From contig NC_045705.1 in assembly GCF_009834535.1 (NCBI RefSeq), positions 54,622,001 to 54,686,000 on the forward strand: a stretch of DNA of 64,000 nt, given 5' to 3'. The DNA comes from Camelus ferus. Lineage: Eukaryota. The translations under genes were made by a program, and so were the position numbers. This document shows, piece after piece, positions 50,001 through 63,123 of the stretch. Numbering within the stretch: position 1 is the stretch's first letter; the number at the start of each line of letters is the position of its first letter. The notes under the pieces are model-generated. The model searched no databases, was not told the DNA's origin, and saw only the letters and a program-made list of their open reading frames with translations.

Positions 50001-51733
50001 ATTATCTGTTGCTGACTCCTAGCACATACCTGGTATTATGGTATGAATATGGCCATTTGGCCTCTTCATTTTGGAAACACTGCTTATTTTTCTTAGAATC
50101 CCTCTCCACACACAGTTCAAAACCTCCGTCCCTATTTTATCTTCCACTCTTGTTCTTTACTACTTCTAATCCTTTGGCTGCACTCTTACTCAGGATCCTA
50201 ATCATATGTTTATATTTCTGTCTCACTAATGGACTGCAAAGACAGTCATGTTCAATATCTAATTTAGTGGCTTAACCATTTCTTCTAGTACCTGTTGTGG
50301 TGGGTTAAAGACAGCAGCACTGGACTTATATTCATGTTCCTTGCATTATTTTCTTGTATACTAATGCCTACTCAGGTCCCCCCATTGTATTCTTTTACTC
50401 AGAAAAGTAAATATTCTTTTACTCTGATTCTGAGTTATTTACTTAATTAATTGACTATTCATTGCATGGTACTTAAAAAACATAGAGAATTGAGATTCAA
50501 GCCACCTGAATTTTGTTCTAAATATGTATTATCAAATATCTTTGAACGCCACTTCCCTTACCTATGAAATGAAGGATTCAGATGAGATAAGTTGCTAATA
50601 GCAAATGCCTATATATGTACCTACAGCATGCTAGTGCTGTCATAAACACATTATATGCAATATCAACTCTTAAAAACAAATCCATAAAATAGATACTATT
50701 ATTACACGCATCATTTTACAGATGAGGAAAGAGACAAAAAGAGTTTAATTCACTTTCCAGTGGTCACCAGCTAGTAAATGGCAGAGTGGAATACGAACCC
50801 AGGTAAGTCCCTTTATGTTATGTAACACTCCATTACTTCAGGAGTCTATAGTTTTTTCTTTTGTAATTTCTATTGCTGATTAAATTATAAACCTCTGAAT
50901 ACAGTGATTGTATTTTATGGTCTTTGGTATTTTCACATCAACAAACAAAAGTTTTTATTTTAAAAGGCATTAAGCAAAACACGACAGAGTTGTTAATAAG
51001 ACATAGTGGAGTAGCTAGGATCCATTGTAAGCCTTAAAGAAATCAGCACCATGATGGAAATTATGTTAGTGAAAACCTGAAATCACTTCAACAAACCTTA
51101 AAAACCTGAAAAAAAGAACTGAGAGGGAGAACTGGAAACTCAGATCTTCCTAGCTGGGGAAAACATCCTGAAAGCAGTTGATTAAGGATATTGGGATTAT
51201 AAAGAATAGCCACGGGGACTAGTGATTTACTTTCCTTTATCCATGCTAAGTACCAACCAATTCAAGAGCAGTCACTGCCTCAGAGACGTACAAACTGAAG
51301 TGAATGAATGAGGAAACTTGTACAGCAGAGCGATTAGAGCTTTCCCCCCCTACTGAATGGAGTCACACTTGTCCAAAACAAGATGAAGTGCCAAGATAAC
51401 TTTGCATCCCCAAGTTCACATTACAAGCAGTTTACTCTGTTGGTGATGTATTTCACATTGGTGCACATTGCAAAGTAAAGATCTGGAATGTATTGGCCAC
51501 AGAAATGTAAAAATATCAACTGAACCAATAAGAAAAAGAATGTGAGTGTATAAAAAGCTAGCAGAGGAATGCAGCAGGTGGTAACGAGAGGTCTAACCCA
51601 GCTCTGCGCTGTTTTCTCTCCACCGGGCTTTACAACAGCTATTTCAGCAACTAGGTTTTGAAGCCAGGGGAGAAGGGAACAGAAGCAGAGAAGAATCTCA
51701 AGTATGAACAGATTGTTCCTCATTCAATAAACT

Positions 51734-52711
51734 TTAGTTGTGCCTCAAAATAGCTGTAGAATTTCTGTAGTTTCTGCCCCCTAAAACCTTGTAGAAGGTC
51801 CGGCTGAGGGCATTCTTCACTTCATAATTTCTCAGGCTGTAGATGATGGGGTTCAACATGGGAGTCACAACGGTGTAGGATAGTGACAGCACCTTCTTGC
51901 TCTCAGGAGAATTATTGGACTTGGGACGGAAGTAGGTGAGGCTTGAAGATACATAGAAAAGGGAGACAACAAGGAGGTGGGAGGAGCAGGTAGAGAAGGC
52001 TTTGTGCTTCCCTTTAGCTGAAGGAATCTTGAGGATGGCAGCAGCGATGCGAGTGTAGGAACATAGGATCAGCAAGCAGGGTAGCATGACGACTAGAATG
52101 GTCCCAACGATGGCATAGACCTCAAAGAGTGCTGTGTCTGCACAGACCAGCCTGAGCACAGGTGGGCTGTCACAGAAGAAGTGGTTCACCTCGTTGGTGC
52201 CACAGAATGGAAAGCTGAAGAGCCACGTGGTCTGCACAGTAGCTACAGGAACGCCTGGAAACCAGGAGGCAGCAGCCAGTTTGGCACATGTCCTTGTGCT
52301 CATGATGACTGGGTAGTGTAAGGGATTGCAGATGGCTACATAGCGGTCATATGCCATGGTGGCCAGAAGGAAGCATTCAGAAACCCCGAAGAAGAAGAAG
52401 AAATACATCTGAGTGGCACAGCCAAGAAAGGAGATGATCGTGTCCTGGGCAATCAGGGTCCCCAGCATCTTGGGCACAATGACTAGGTTGAAGCCAATCT
52501 CCAAGAAGGACAAGTTCCTGAGGAAGAAGTACATGGGGCTGTGCAGCATGGGGTCAGCCCAGGTGACCAGAAGGATGAGGCCGTTTCCCATCAGGGTGAC
52601 CAGGTAGATGATTAAAAATACCAGGAAGAGTAATGACTGTATTTCAGTAGGTAAGGAAGAGAAACTCATCAGGGTAAACTCGCTAACTCTCGTCCAGTTG
52701 CCTCCAGCCAT
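51734..52711 (-). CDS. OR10A5: Olfactory receptor OR10A5-like, intact, 325 aa with altered C-terminus
   Basis: ATG at 52711 (MAGGNWT; the track start at 52759 is TTG). All OR motifs present; SSSLTYF and RTF.KVL residues and position fit OR10A5. Candidate acceptor TTTCGTCTCTTTCCCTGACACTCAG at 52800/52799. Confidence 0.88.
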   Translation of the reverse strand: MAGGNWTRVSEFTLMSFSSLPTEIQSLLFLVFLIIYLVTLMGNGLILLVTWADPMLHSPMYFFLRNLSFLEIGFNLVIVPKMLGTLIAQDTIISFLGCATQMYFFFFFGVSECFLLATMAYDRYVAICNPLHYPVIMSTRTCAKLAAASWFPGVPVATVQTTWLFSFPFCGTNEVNHFFCDSPPVLRLVCADTALFEVYAIVGTILVVMLPCLLILCSYTRIAAAILKIPSAKGKHKAFSTCSSHLLVVSLFYVSSSLTYFRPKSNNSPESKKVLSLSYTVVTPMLNPIIYSLRNYEVKNALSRTFYKVLGGRNYRNSTAILRHN

Positions 52712-54199
52712 AGAAACAGGAATGAAACCCCAGCTGTGGTCATGGAGAGAGATTCTCAATAGAAAGAGTCAGATTCTGGATTTGTTTTTCAGATTCATTC
52801 TGAGTGTCAGGGAAAGAGACGAAATCAGGATCTCAGTTGCAAAGGAAAGGGCTTCCTGTTGTCTAAGAATAAAGACACAAGGAAGAGTCGCCAGAGCCCG
52901 AAGCTCTGAATGGGCAACGGCTCATCCTTCCTTACTCTTATACTTTATCATCCATTTTCCACTTTGTGATCATATTTGCTGAAACAAATTGGATCATATC
53001 CACACACACCCATCTTCTGCTGCATAATTAATACCTTTGTTGTGGGGTTAAATGAGATAGGTCCTGAGGCAATAAAGTGGAGTCAGATGGAAAACAGTAG
53101 ATAATTTCCATTTAATCCTGTTATATATTCCCCTTTGTCAAAGATTCATGGTGTTCATCTTCTCCATCTACTGCCAAAAATAGTACTTACTTTTTTGTAT
53201 GCAAGTAGGGACTGCAGTCCTAATACAATTTGAGAGGGTACATAATGGAAAAAGTCAATTGTTTTATCATGCTTCATTTTGAAGTGACTTGAAGTAGGAA
53301 AAAAGTGGCAAGGGGATGGATAGGAGGATGTGTACAGAATGTAGTAGTTTTAATTCACCTTTCCCCCTCAATGTCAGAACTGCAGAGTACTTCAGATCTT
53401 ACAATACTTGTTCCTTCTTGTCTGACCTGTTTATGAGGTAACAACCTTAGGAGCTTTATTTTTCAGTCCAGCAAAGCTATAATTAAAAATTGGTGGTCAG
53501 GACCCAACGTATTCACTGGCTTTCAAAATTAAGATCTAAGAGGTAGATCTTAGATCTACAACTAAGCAGATAGTGAGTGTGCCTCAGGAGATTCCAAATA
53601 CTTCTCTTTCAAGAGTGGACAAATGGAAAAAAAAAAAGAAATGAATTACCACAAGAGTTCTATGAAAAATATGAGAAACATTAGAGTGAATATTCAAAGG
53701 AAAACAATTATGAATAAACAATTAACATGTGTTATATTAAAGACAGAATCTTAAGTAATAAGGAAAAATTTAATATTTATTCCACTTCTATTGAAGCACT
53801 GGCGATGTGACGGTTGATTCCTCCGTGAAGCTTAAAATTTAATGGGGGAGATATTTAAATAATCAATCCTATTAAAATCACAATGAAGATCTTGATACAG
53901 TAAATACACAGTAGCTTGGTGGAGGGAATGTATAAGGGGTAGGGACACCTAATGATGCCACCTAAGATGTGCAGAACATGTAGGGTGCACATTATTATGA
54001 AAATATTATAAAATTGAAATTACATTACAAAACATAAGTATAGGAAAAAATTTAAATTACTGAGCTAACTCTTTTTGAACTGAGCATTCCTTAACACACA
54101 CACACATACACAAGAATAGAAATACACACATACCGATATGTTTTGATCTTTGTGTTATTTATTTTTTTTAATTTTGAGGGTAGGGAAAATCTTTAAGCA

Positions 54200-55925
54200 T
54201 TCAGACAGGAAACAAATATAACTAAAGAAGCAAAACCACACGTTACAATCAAAAGAACTTCCAGGCTGCCTACAAAAAACCACAAGAATTTTATCTTACA
54301 CCANNNNNNNNNNNNNNNNNNNNNNNNNNNNNNNNNNNNNNNNNNNNNNNNNNNNNNNNNNNNNNNNNNNNNNNNNNNNNNNNNNNNNNNNNNNNNNNNN
54401 NNNNNNNNNNNNNNNNNNNNNNNNNNNNNNNNNNNNNNNNNNNNNNNNNNNNNNNAAAAATAAACAAGTGGACTCCATTAAACTGAAAAGCTTCTGCACA
54501 GCAAAGGAAACAATCAACAAAATGAAAAGGCAACCTACCAAATGGGAAAATATGTTTGCAAACTGTATATCTGATAAAGGGTTAATATCCAAACTATATG
54601 AGAAATTCATATAACTCAGTAGGAAAATAATAATAAAAGTAAAAATGAAAAAAGAATCTGATTGAAAAATGAACAGAAGGCCTTAATAGACATTTTTCTA
54701 AAGATGGCATACAAATGGCCAACAGATACACACAAAGGTGCTCAACGTCACTAGTCAACAGGGAAATGCACATCAAAACTCCAGTGAGATCTCGCCTTAA
54801 AGAAATGGCTATCATCAAAAAGACAAAGATTATATAAAATAGATAAACAGGTTTATACTGTATAGTACAGGTATATTCGATATCTTGTAGTAACCTATAC
54901 TGAAAAAGAATATATGTATGTATATGGATGACTGAAACATTATTCTGTACCAGAAGCTGATGCAACATTGTAAACTGACTATACTTCAAAACAAAAACAA
55001 AAATATTGCTTTATAGTTAACAGGAAAGAAAAAAATCACATACAACTTGAAATTCTAAAAAAAGATAAGCGATAACAAGTGTTGGGGAAGATGTGGAGAA
55101 AGGAGAACTTTNNNNNNNNNNNNNNNNNNNNNNNNNNNNNNNNNNNNNNNNNNNNNNNNNNNNNNNNNNNNNNNNNNNNNNNNNNNNNNNNNNNNNNNNN
55201 NNNNNNNNNNNNNNNNNNNNNNNNNNNNNNNNNNNNNNNNNNNNNNNNNACTATCTCAGNNNNNNNNNNNNNNNNNNNNNNNNNNNNNNNNNNNNNNNNN
55301 NNNNNNNNNNNNNNNNNNNNNNNNNNNNNNNNNNNNNNNNNNNNNNNNNNNNNNNNNNNNNNNNNNNNNNNNNNNNNNNNNNNNNNNNNNNNNNNNNNNN
55401 NNNNNNNATTATTTAGCCATTAAAAAGAAAGAAATCTTGCCATTTTTGACAGACAAAATTAATTGAGCTTGAGGATCTCATGCTAAATGAAATAAGTCAA
55501 AGAACAAACAAATACTGTATTATCTCACTTATATATGGACTCTAAGAAAGCTGAACTCAAAGAAACAGAGAGTAGAATGATGACTGCCAGGGACTGGGGG
55601 CTAGGGGAAAGGGAGGAAATGTTGGTCAAGATCTACGAACTTCCAGTAATAGGATGAGTAAGTTCTGGGGCTCTAATATACAGCAGTGGTGACTATAATT
55701 AAACATATTGTATTATATACTTGCTAGTTGCTAAAAGAGAGTAGATCTTAAGTGTTCTCCATATATGCACACACAAAAGGTAGTTATGTGAGGTGATGGA
55801 TGTGTTAACTAACTTTTTTTTGTGGCAATTATTTTGCAACGTATATGTGTATCAAATCATCACATTGTACACCTCAAACTTACACAATATTAAATGTCAG
55901 TTATATCTCAATAAAGTTGGGAGAA
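54200..55925 (+). mobile_element. L1 ORF2 3' end and 3'UTR (L1MA-like) with a younger L1 3' fragment nested at ~54830-54990 and three N runs
   Basis: AAACTGAAAAGCTTCTGCACAGCAAAGGAAACAATCAACAAAATGAAAAGGCAACCTAC...; 3'UTR ending ATATCTCAATAAAG. Confidence 0.85.
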
Positions 55926-56399
55926 AAAACTCATATGCCCAATAGACTTCTGCTGATAACACATATGAAAAAACACAGTAGACTGAGGCTTAAAAAATTT
56001 GAGGGGAGAATTAAGACTTTTATTATTATCACATAAAAAAATAATGAAAATAAATTAACTTGGTTTTCAAATCAACTTAGAAAAGAAAACAGACACAGCA
56101 AGGAAAAAATACAACTAAAAGCAAAAATAAATTTTAAAATTATAAAATTGATAACTATATTTAAAAGTCAGTCCTTTGAAAACTTAAAAAGTGGAGATAA
56201 ATAGTCGCAGAATCTAATAAAGAAATGTCTGAAGAAAACAATAATATGCAATTTTAGGAATAAGAAATGGAAAATATCCTTGGAAACAATGAAATTTTTA
56301 AAATTATAAGAATACTATAATAATAATAAATGTGTGCTACTTAAAACAAACTGATAGTTTTCTAGTAATGTGTGAGGTTCATCTTGATTTTAAAAGATA

Positions 56400-56750
56400 A
56401 AATATGATGGATGAACCTGGAAGACATTCTGCTAAATGAAATAAGCCAGACACAGAAGGACAAATGCTGCATGATTCCACTTATACAAGGTACATAAAAT
56501 AGTCAAACTCAGAAATGGGGAGCAGTATGGTGATATCAAGGGGCTAGGGGGGAGTCGGGGGGTGGGAGGGAGAAACAAGGACTTGCTGTTTGAAGGGTAC
56601 AAAGTTTCAGTTTTGCATGGTGAATAACTTTTAGAAATCTGCTGCACAACATTGTGCCTGCAGTTAACAAGCTGTATTGTGTACTTAAACATTCGTTAAG
56701 GATTCTCACGCTAAGCGGTCTTACACAACAAAAAAATTGATTAAAAAAAA
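56400..56750 (+). mobile_element. L1 3'UTR (L1MB-like)
   Basis: ATGGATGAACCTGGAAGACATTCTGCTAAATGAAATAAGCCAGACACAGAAGGACAAAT...AAAGTTTCAGTTTTGCA. Confidence 0.8.
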
Positions 56751-58738
56751 GACATGGGAGAAAGAAACCAAAAATTATGCAAAGAATATAATCATACATT
56801 TAAAATTATAATAGCTATAAAATATGGGGAAATGTTCAAAGTAACCAGAAAATGAATGCAAATTAAAAATAAGATTTTTTTAAAATTGTAGTCCTCAGTT
56901 ATGATAAAAGTTAAGGGAAATAAACAGGATAGGTCAAAATGATAAGTTGATTTCACAATATATATCAAAGACACTTTGAACTAGCAGCACTGTATTTACA
57001 ATTTTTACATTGTTTGGATGCAAACTGCATTTTACTTGAATGCTTTTCTCAGTCTTATTTAAGATAATGTAGTTGTAAACAAATGAACAAAAGAACAAAA
57101 ATAGCAAATTGTTTAAATAAATTGTATTATAGTTCCACTATGGAATTCTGTGCCATAATTTAGAATTATGCTAGAAAAGAACATTTAATAGCACGGTGAG
57201 ATATTCAACATATTTATCTAAGTGGATGGAGTATGTTACAAAATAGTATGTTCAATGCCAAGATCTTCATTTTAAAATATGAAATTATATCCATACATGG
57301 AAAACTACAATTGTATTATTTAAATGTTAAAATCTCAGTGCTGTGATTATAAGTGTTTTAAGCTTTTCCTGTGTTTCACCTGTTCTACATTATTCACCTT
57401 GATGTATTCTCTGTATTCAGATAAACAAACATTCTATTAAGAATAAAATAATTATGCAAATCAAAACAGCTTATAAAATTTTAAATATAAATGATAAACT
57501 TGGAATAATTTTGTAGTAATTCAACAAATAATAAAAAATGTTTGCCTAATTGACTTGTAAAGAGAGCCCATGAATCATTAAGAACAAGCATTGTATCTCT
57601 CCCCGACCCAAAAAAACAGAGGGCACCAAGATTCAATTTATCAAAAGTACCATAAAGGAATATACATATAAAATTACTCAATTTTCCTAGCAGTAAAAAA
57701 AGAAGTAAAAATCAGACAAATAAATAAATAACACAAAAATTCAATTTTGTGTATCAAACTTAGAAAGGCAAAAATAATCAAAATGTTCAGTGCTAATATG
57801 GGGGTGGTATGATAGATAATATCTTTGATTTGGGCTGTAAATTAGTATTTTTTTTCTGAAAAGCAATTTAGAAAATTTGTATGAAGTCTCTTAAAGTGTT
57901 CATATACTTTGTTTCAAGAACTTCCTCAGGATTTCTAGTCTAAGCCAGTAGAGCCATAGACAGTGATTTCACATATAAATATGTTGTGTTGTATTTAAAG
58001 ATAAATAGTGTCAGGACTGCAATCAACCAACCACTCGTCCATAACTGATGAGGTCGATCATGGCACGGGCACCTCAGAAAATATCATGTAATTATGTTCA
58101 GTCAGTTTTGAAGAACATTTATTGCTATTGAATAATACTCACAAAGAAATATTATATTTAAAAAACTCAAGAATATATAGGTGTACATATAAGATTCCAA
58201 ATTTATAAATATCTGCGTAGGGGGAAAAAAGACAGGGAATGTACAAAATTTTAGCGATGATCACCTTTAAGTGGTGGGGAAATTTCATTTTCTGGTTTTC
58301 CAAACAGCCTACAGTGAGCTACGTTTGTTATACAGCAGCAATGAAGGCAGTAATGATGAAAATGAAAATGATGACTGCATGTTGGTAGTGTTTGCTGAAT
58401 ACATAATAAAATTATGCTATGTATTTTACTTTTATTTTTTTCATACTCTTCTCACAACAACAGTCTGATTTTGATGCTACTATTATAATCCTTCCCGTAT
58501 TTTTGCTAATGGCAAACTGAAGTTTGGAGAGCTTAAGTTATTTAATAGTTAAGGAATTTAATAAATTGTCTGCATAGCAGGATGATGCAGACCTGCACTT
58601 AGAACCACGATGAGAAAAAATACATAAAAGCGCCACTTGGGTTTTGAACACAGAAAATATTTTAGGTATCAACTTTTGTCCCTCATCATTAGTTTCTTAC
58701 TACTTAGTGAATGAATTGCTTCCCTTCATGATTCTATA

Positions 58739-59119
58739 CAGAGGTTGGCAAACTTCTATAAGAGGCCAGATATAAAATATTTTAGGCTTTGCGGACCACA
58801 TGAGCTCTGTTGCAACTACTCAACATCCAAACAAATACCCACATGCAAAATGCCAAATCTATAGTGTTAATATAGGTATACGAACAATTAGGTATATAAA
58901 TATATACAATAAACAAATGAGCATGTCTGCATTGCAATTAATTTTACTGACAGACATCAAAATTTGAATTTCATATAATTTTCAAGTGCCATAAACTATT
59001 CTTCTTCTTTTGACTTTTTAAACCATTTTTTAAATGTAAAAGTCATTTTTAGCCCATGAGCCATAAAAACCAAGAGGCTGGCTGTATTTCACCCATGCGT
59101 GGTAGTCTGCCAATCCCTG
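58739..59119 (+). mobile_element. MER58-like hAT-Charlie element
   Basis: Terminal inverted repeats CAGAGGTTGGCAAACT / AGTCTGCCAATCCCTG; internal GGCCAGAT..AAATATTTTAGGCTTTGCGG. Confidence 0.8.
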
Positions 59120-59459
59120 CTCTATATCTTTGCACATAACATCACCTTTGGTTGCACATGCCTCCTCCTCTTTCCGTGTAATTTCTTCCTTCTCATTTTC
59201 AAAGTTCAGATATGTTTTTCCTGAACTACTTCCAGATAGTGTTATTCCTGAGTGCTTTTACAAAAACTTAATCATTTGTATTTTAATTATCTATTGATAC
59301 CTAAATTTCCCAGTTTAATTTGCAAATTTCTTCAGACCAGGAACTGCGTATTATTTACAGGAATAAGCCCAATGCATATCCAGATTAAGTTATTTATAGT
59401 AAATGAGTGGAAAAGGAATACAAGAATTTCAGAAATTTCATCATTCCTGGAGTTTCCAC

Positions 59460-60745
59460 TGGATTTCATGTCTACTCACGTTCTACTAAAAACACCTTTC
59501 ACTAGAAGCTTCATTTCATGACAAAGGATTAGGGGTGGTTCTGGTGGAGAAGGATTAGGAAAGAGGAGGGAGGAGACATGAAAGGTCCAGTTGGGTTTAC
59601 TGGGGAAGAAGAGATGGCAGCCTGACTTGAGGGTGGGAGACACTGCAGAACCTGATAGTCCATGGCAGGCCCACAGGCTCCCTGCTAGTTTCTCTATACC
59701 TTCCACAGGAACATTACACTGCTAATCACGCCTGCTGTGCCGGGAGTAGGAACCCACTCTTCTGGGTCTTCCGCACCCACAGAATTGTCCTAAAGAAATA
59801 GTGTACTTGATGTGTTCTACCTCGTGAATGTTCCACTGAGGCAAACCTTCCCTGAGATAATTAGAGGAAAGTCAAGACTTGGAGGAAGTATATGCACTGT
59901 CAAAGCGGCAGGGACTAGAATTTTTCTGACGCAGAAAGCTTTAGAGTCAAAAACGGGAGGAAAAAAAAAAAAAAACCTGGGTAATCTCAATCTTCTTTGG
60001 CCTCAGATCTCACTTATGAAAAAGAAATTGGAGACTAAATCCTAGCGAGGTGAGGATCTGATGAGATCTTCTCAGGGTGGACAGAGGAATAGGATTAGGT
60101 GTCCCACCAAATCCTGCCAAACCTTGTCCAGTTGAGCAACTGAACCTGGAGAGGGACCCCTAGTTGATTCAGCCCTTGATAGAACCTTACCTGTGCCCAG
60201 GAGGGAGATGTGCCTTGTTCAGCTCTGCCTGGTAGCTGTGCTTCACGCACGCCCTGGAGTGTCTGAAGAACTCTGGCTCTGTTGTCAGCAGACCCAGAAG
60301 AGGAACCAGGGAGGTCCCTGCCCTGGATGAGCCATTAGTGGCTGGACCTGAAGCCAGGTCACTGCTGCCTCCTCTGTGTCAGGCGTGAGTGAGCACACTA
60401 GAGGGCTGGCCAAGCTCCCCGTCCTGACTGAGGAGATTTCTTCCCAGCTGTGTCTTTTGTCCTCAGGGCCAGGTGAAGGGCTGGCACCTCTATTTTCCTC
60501 CAGGTGTTTCTGGGCTCACCTTAGCTCTTCTTCCTTCCCTCCCTCAAGGCTATCTGACCTTTCCTGACTCCACTGTCCTTTGGGACCCTAAGGGATGTCA
60601 GAGGCCAATAGGATGAAGTTCAAGAAAGGAAAACCACACTCTAGGAATGCTGTACTGTGCAGAGAAAAGCACAAAATTTTTGGATTCTGAGTGACCTAAA
60701 TTTAATCCCAGCACTAAAACTCTGTGGTTTGTGATGCTTAGCAAT
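59460..60745. repeat. Duplicated unique-sequence block, copy B (upstream of OR10A5)
   Basis: Directly alignable with 41330-42700. Confidence 0.92.
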
Positions 60746-63009
60746 TTTATTAAACAATATGGAGTTTTAGCTTCCACATTGCTTAGACAAACATAATATG
60801 CTTATATTACAGAGTTGGTATGATGAGATGGGATACATTAACACTGATGTTAATGTATTCTATTACAGTATATTTATCAATGTATCATGGGTATCATGTT
60901 ACAGTAACCTTCCCAATAGGCAGTAATTGTTCCTCAACAAGTATTGAGTGATTACTACATGCCAGGCATCCTTCTAGACCCTGGGAAAGAGAAGCAAACA
61001 GAACAAGCCCCTTGCTCATGAATCGTCCATTTGGAGGTGGGAAGCCCAGCATTGAGCAAATACACAGTTAAGCACTTAAGACCAAGTGGTTGCTGTACAC
61101 AAAATCCGGGATGGAAGAAACAGGACATAGACTTCTTTTAATATAGAATACTTTTTTCTTTTTGCTAATACTACACTAGCCATTATTAAGAACGTTGCAC
61201 AAGATAAGTTGAAGATGTAAGCCCTTTTCCAAAGGTTGATCAAGTAAATTTGAGGCTACTGGCTTTTGAAAAGCCGAGTGAGCAGTACAAGATAGAGCTT
61301 GTATCAGAGCTTGATTCAGGCTTTGAGTCATACAGAAAAGATCATAACTGTTTCTTACTATAACACAATTTTAATAGTAAAATAATGTGCAAGTTATCTT
61401 AATCCATCAATAGGGCACTGATGAAAAATTATCGATTTTACACTGTAAACTATGTAACTGTGAATATATTATATTAATGTGGAATAAGCTCCAAGATAAA
61501 CTATTATTTGAAAAAAATCAGGGCGAAGGACATTACGTACACATCACACAAATTACATATATTTTATAGAAATACATATTACACACATACATATAAAATA
61601 TGTAAATAGTACGTTTCTGGAAAGACACACAAAGAATTGATAAATAGTTTGTTGCTTTCAGTGCAGGAAAGTGGGGAAGCACAGAGGTCAACCCTGAGAG
61701 GGAAATCTTTTGATTCTATATTATTTTGTACTTAACTTTATCATGTACATTTATTAAATTTTTAATAAAAATAAAAGATGCTTAACATTTTCATTCTGGT
61801 TCCTCCCCTATTAATTTCTAGCTTTATGACTTAGAGAAAGACACTAAAGTTACTCCATGTCCCAATACCTGTTGTCAAAAGAAAATGACATTAAGTACAG
61901 AACACATGCCAAGCACTGGTGAATGTCATATAAGGCAGGTTTCATCAAGATACTGTTTGACCTGAACTTGAAAGTTTCCATCAGGGAGGGGAAGAGGCAT
62001 TCCGGTTGACTCTGTGATGGCAACATCACTTTGATTACTGCTACCAGCGCTGTTTCTGCAAGGTTTGTCAGATTGGCTTCTTTCTTTTCCTCTAACTCAC
62101 AAAACTCTTCCCTGCATTAGGGTCTTTGCGTAGGTAAATCTATTTGTTTCTAGTGCTTTTCCTCCTAATTTTCACCTGGTTAACTCCTACTCAATTTTCT
62201 GATACCACTTTCTGATTTTCTGCTGTTACTTCCTTGAAAAGGAGTTCCCTGGCCCTCTTCCATTAGGACTCCAATTTATTCTTCTTCAGAGAATTTTATT
62301 CTTTTATTTCATAACAATGGTAGCATTGTATAATTATATATTTGTTTGTGAATTCTTTGTTTAATCCTCTTTTAATTGGGCTATAATACCCCTGAGGGTA
62401 GGGACTCTGTAAATCCAGTACTTAGCAGAGAGTGTAAAGGAGGGCTGGGAAGCAACAACGGAAGCCATGAGGACAGTGAGGAGGCTCACTGAGTAATAAT
62501 TCAGGAATAAAGACCTGGCTAGGCCAACGGCAGCGGTAATGTAAATGGGAACTGAAGCTAAATATGTGGAAGGATTTTGTCAAGGATGAATTAGCAGGAC
62601 TTAGAGACTGGTTGAACAGTTCTCTGACAACACTTATCAAAGTGTGCAGTCATTATAGTAAAGCGCCTTGCATGGGACTGTTTGCTCTGTGGCCGTTTAC
62701 TTATTTGTCCTTATCACCCAAGGAGCTGGAAGCTCCTAGAAGGGGCAGCACCTTGTTCATTGTTGTACCTTCAGGATTCAGTGTGTAAATATTCACTGAT
62801 GAAGTGAAAGAATACGTCAACAGAAGGGGGAGTCAAAAAGAGGAATAAGTAACAAGCCAATGGCAACGGCAGTGGGAATGGGAACTAACACTAAGGGATG
62901 GATAAAAAGAGTTGCCAAAGACAAACTTGCAGGAGGTGAAGGCTGGTTAAATATTCCCATGATACCAATTATCAAGCGGTGGCATTAAAATAGAATAAAG
63001 ACACTGAAT

Positions 63010-63123
63010 GATTTTTATTTGCTTGCTTGTTTTTTTAGTTTAGTGGAGGTACTGGGGATTGAGCATGTAAGGACCTCATGCATGCTGAGCACATGCTCTG
63101 CCACTGAGCTATATGCACCTCCC
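63010..63123 (-). mobile_element. Vic-1-like SINE
   Basis: GGAGGTACTGGGGATTGAGC...CATGCATGCTGAGCACATGCTCTGCCACTGAGCTATA. Confidence 0.82.
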
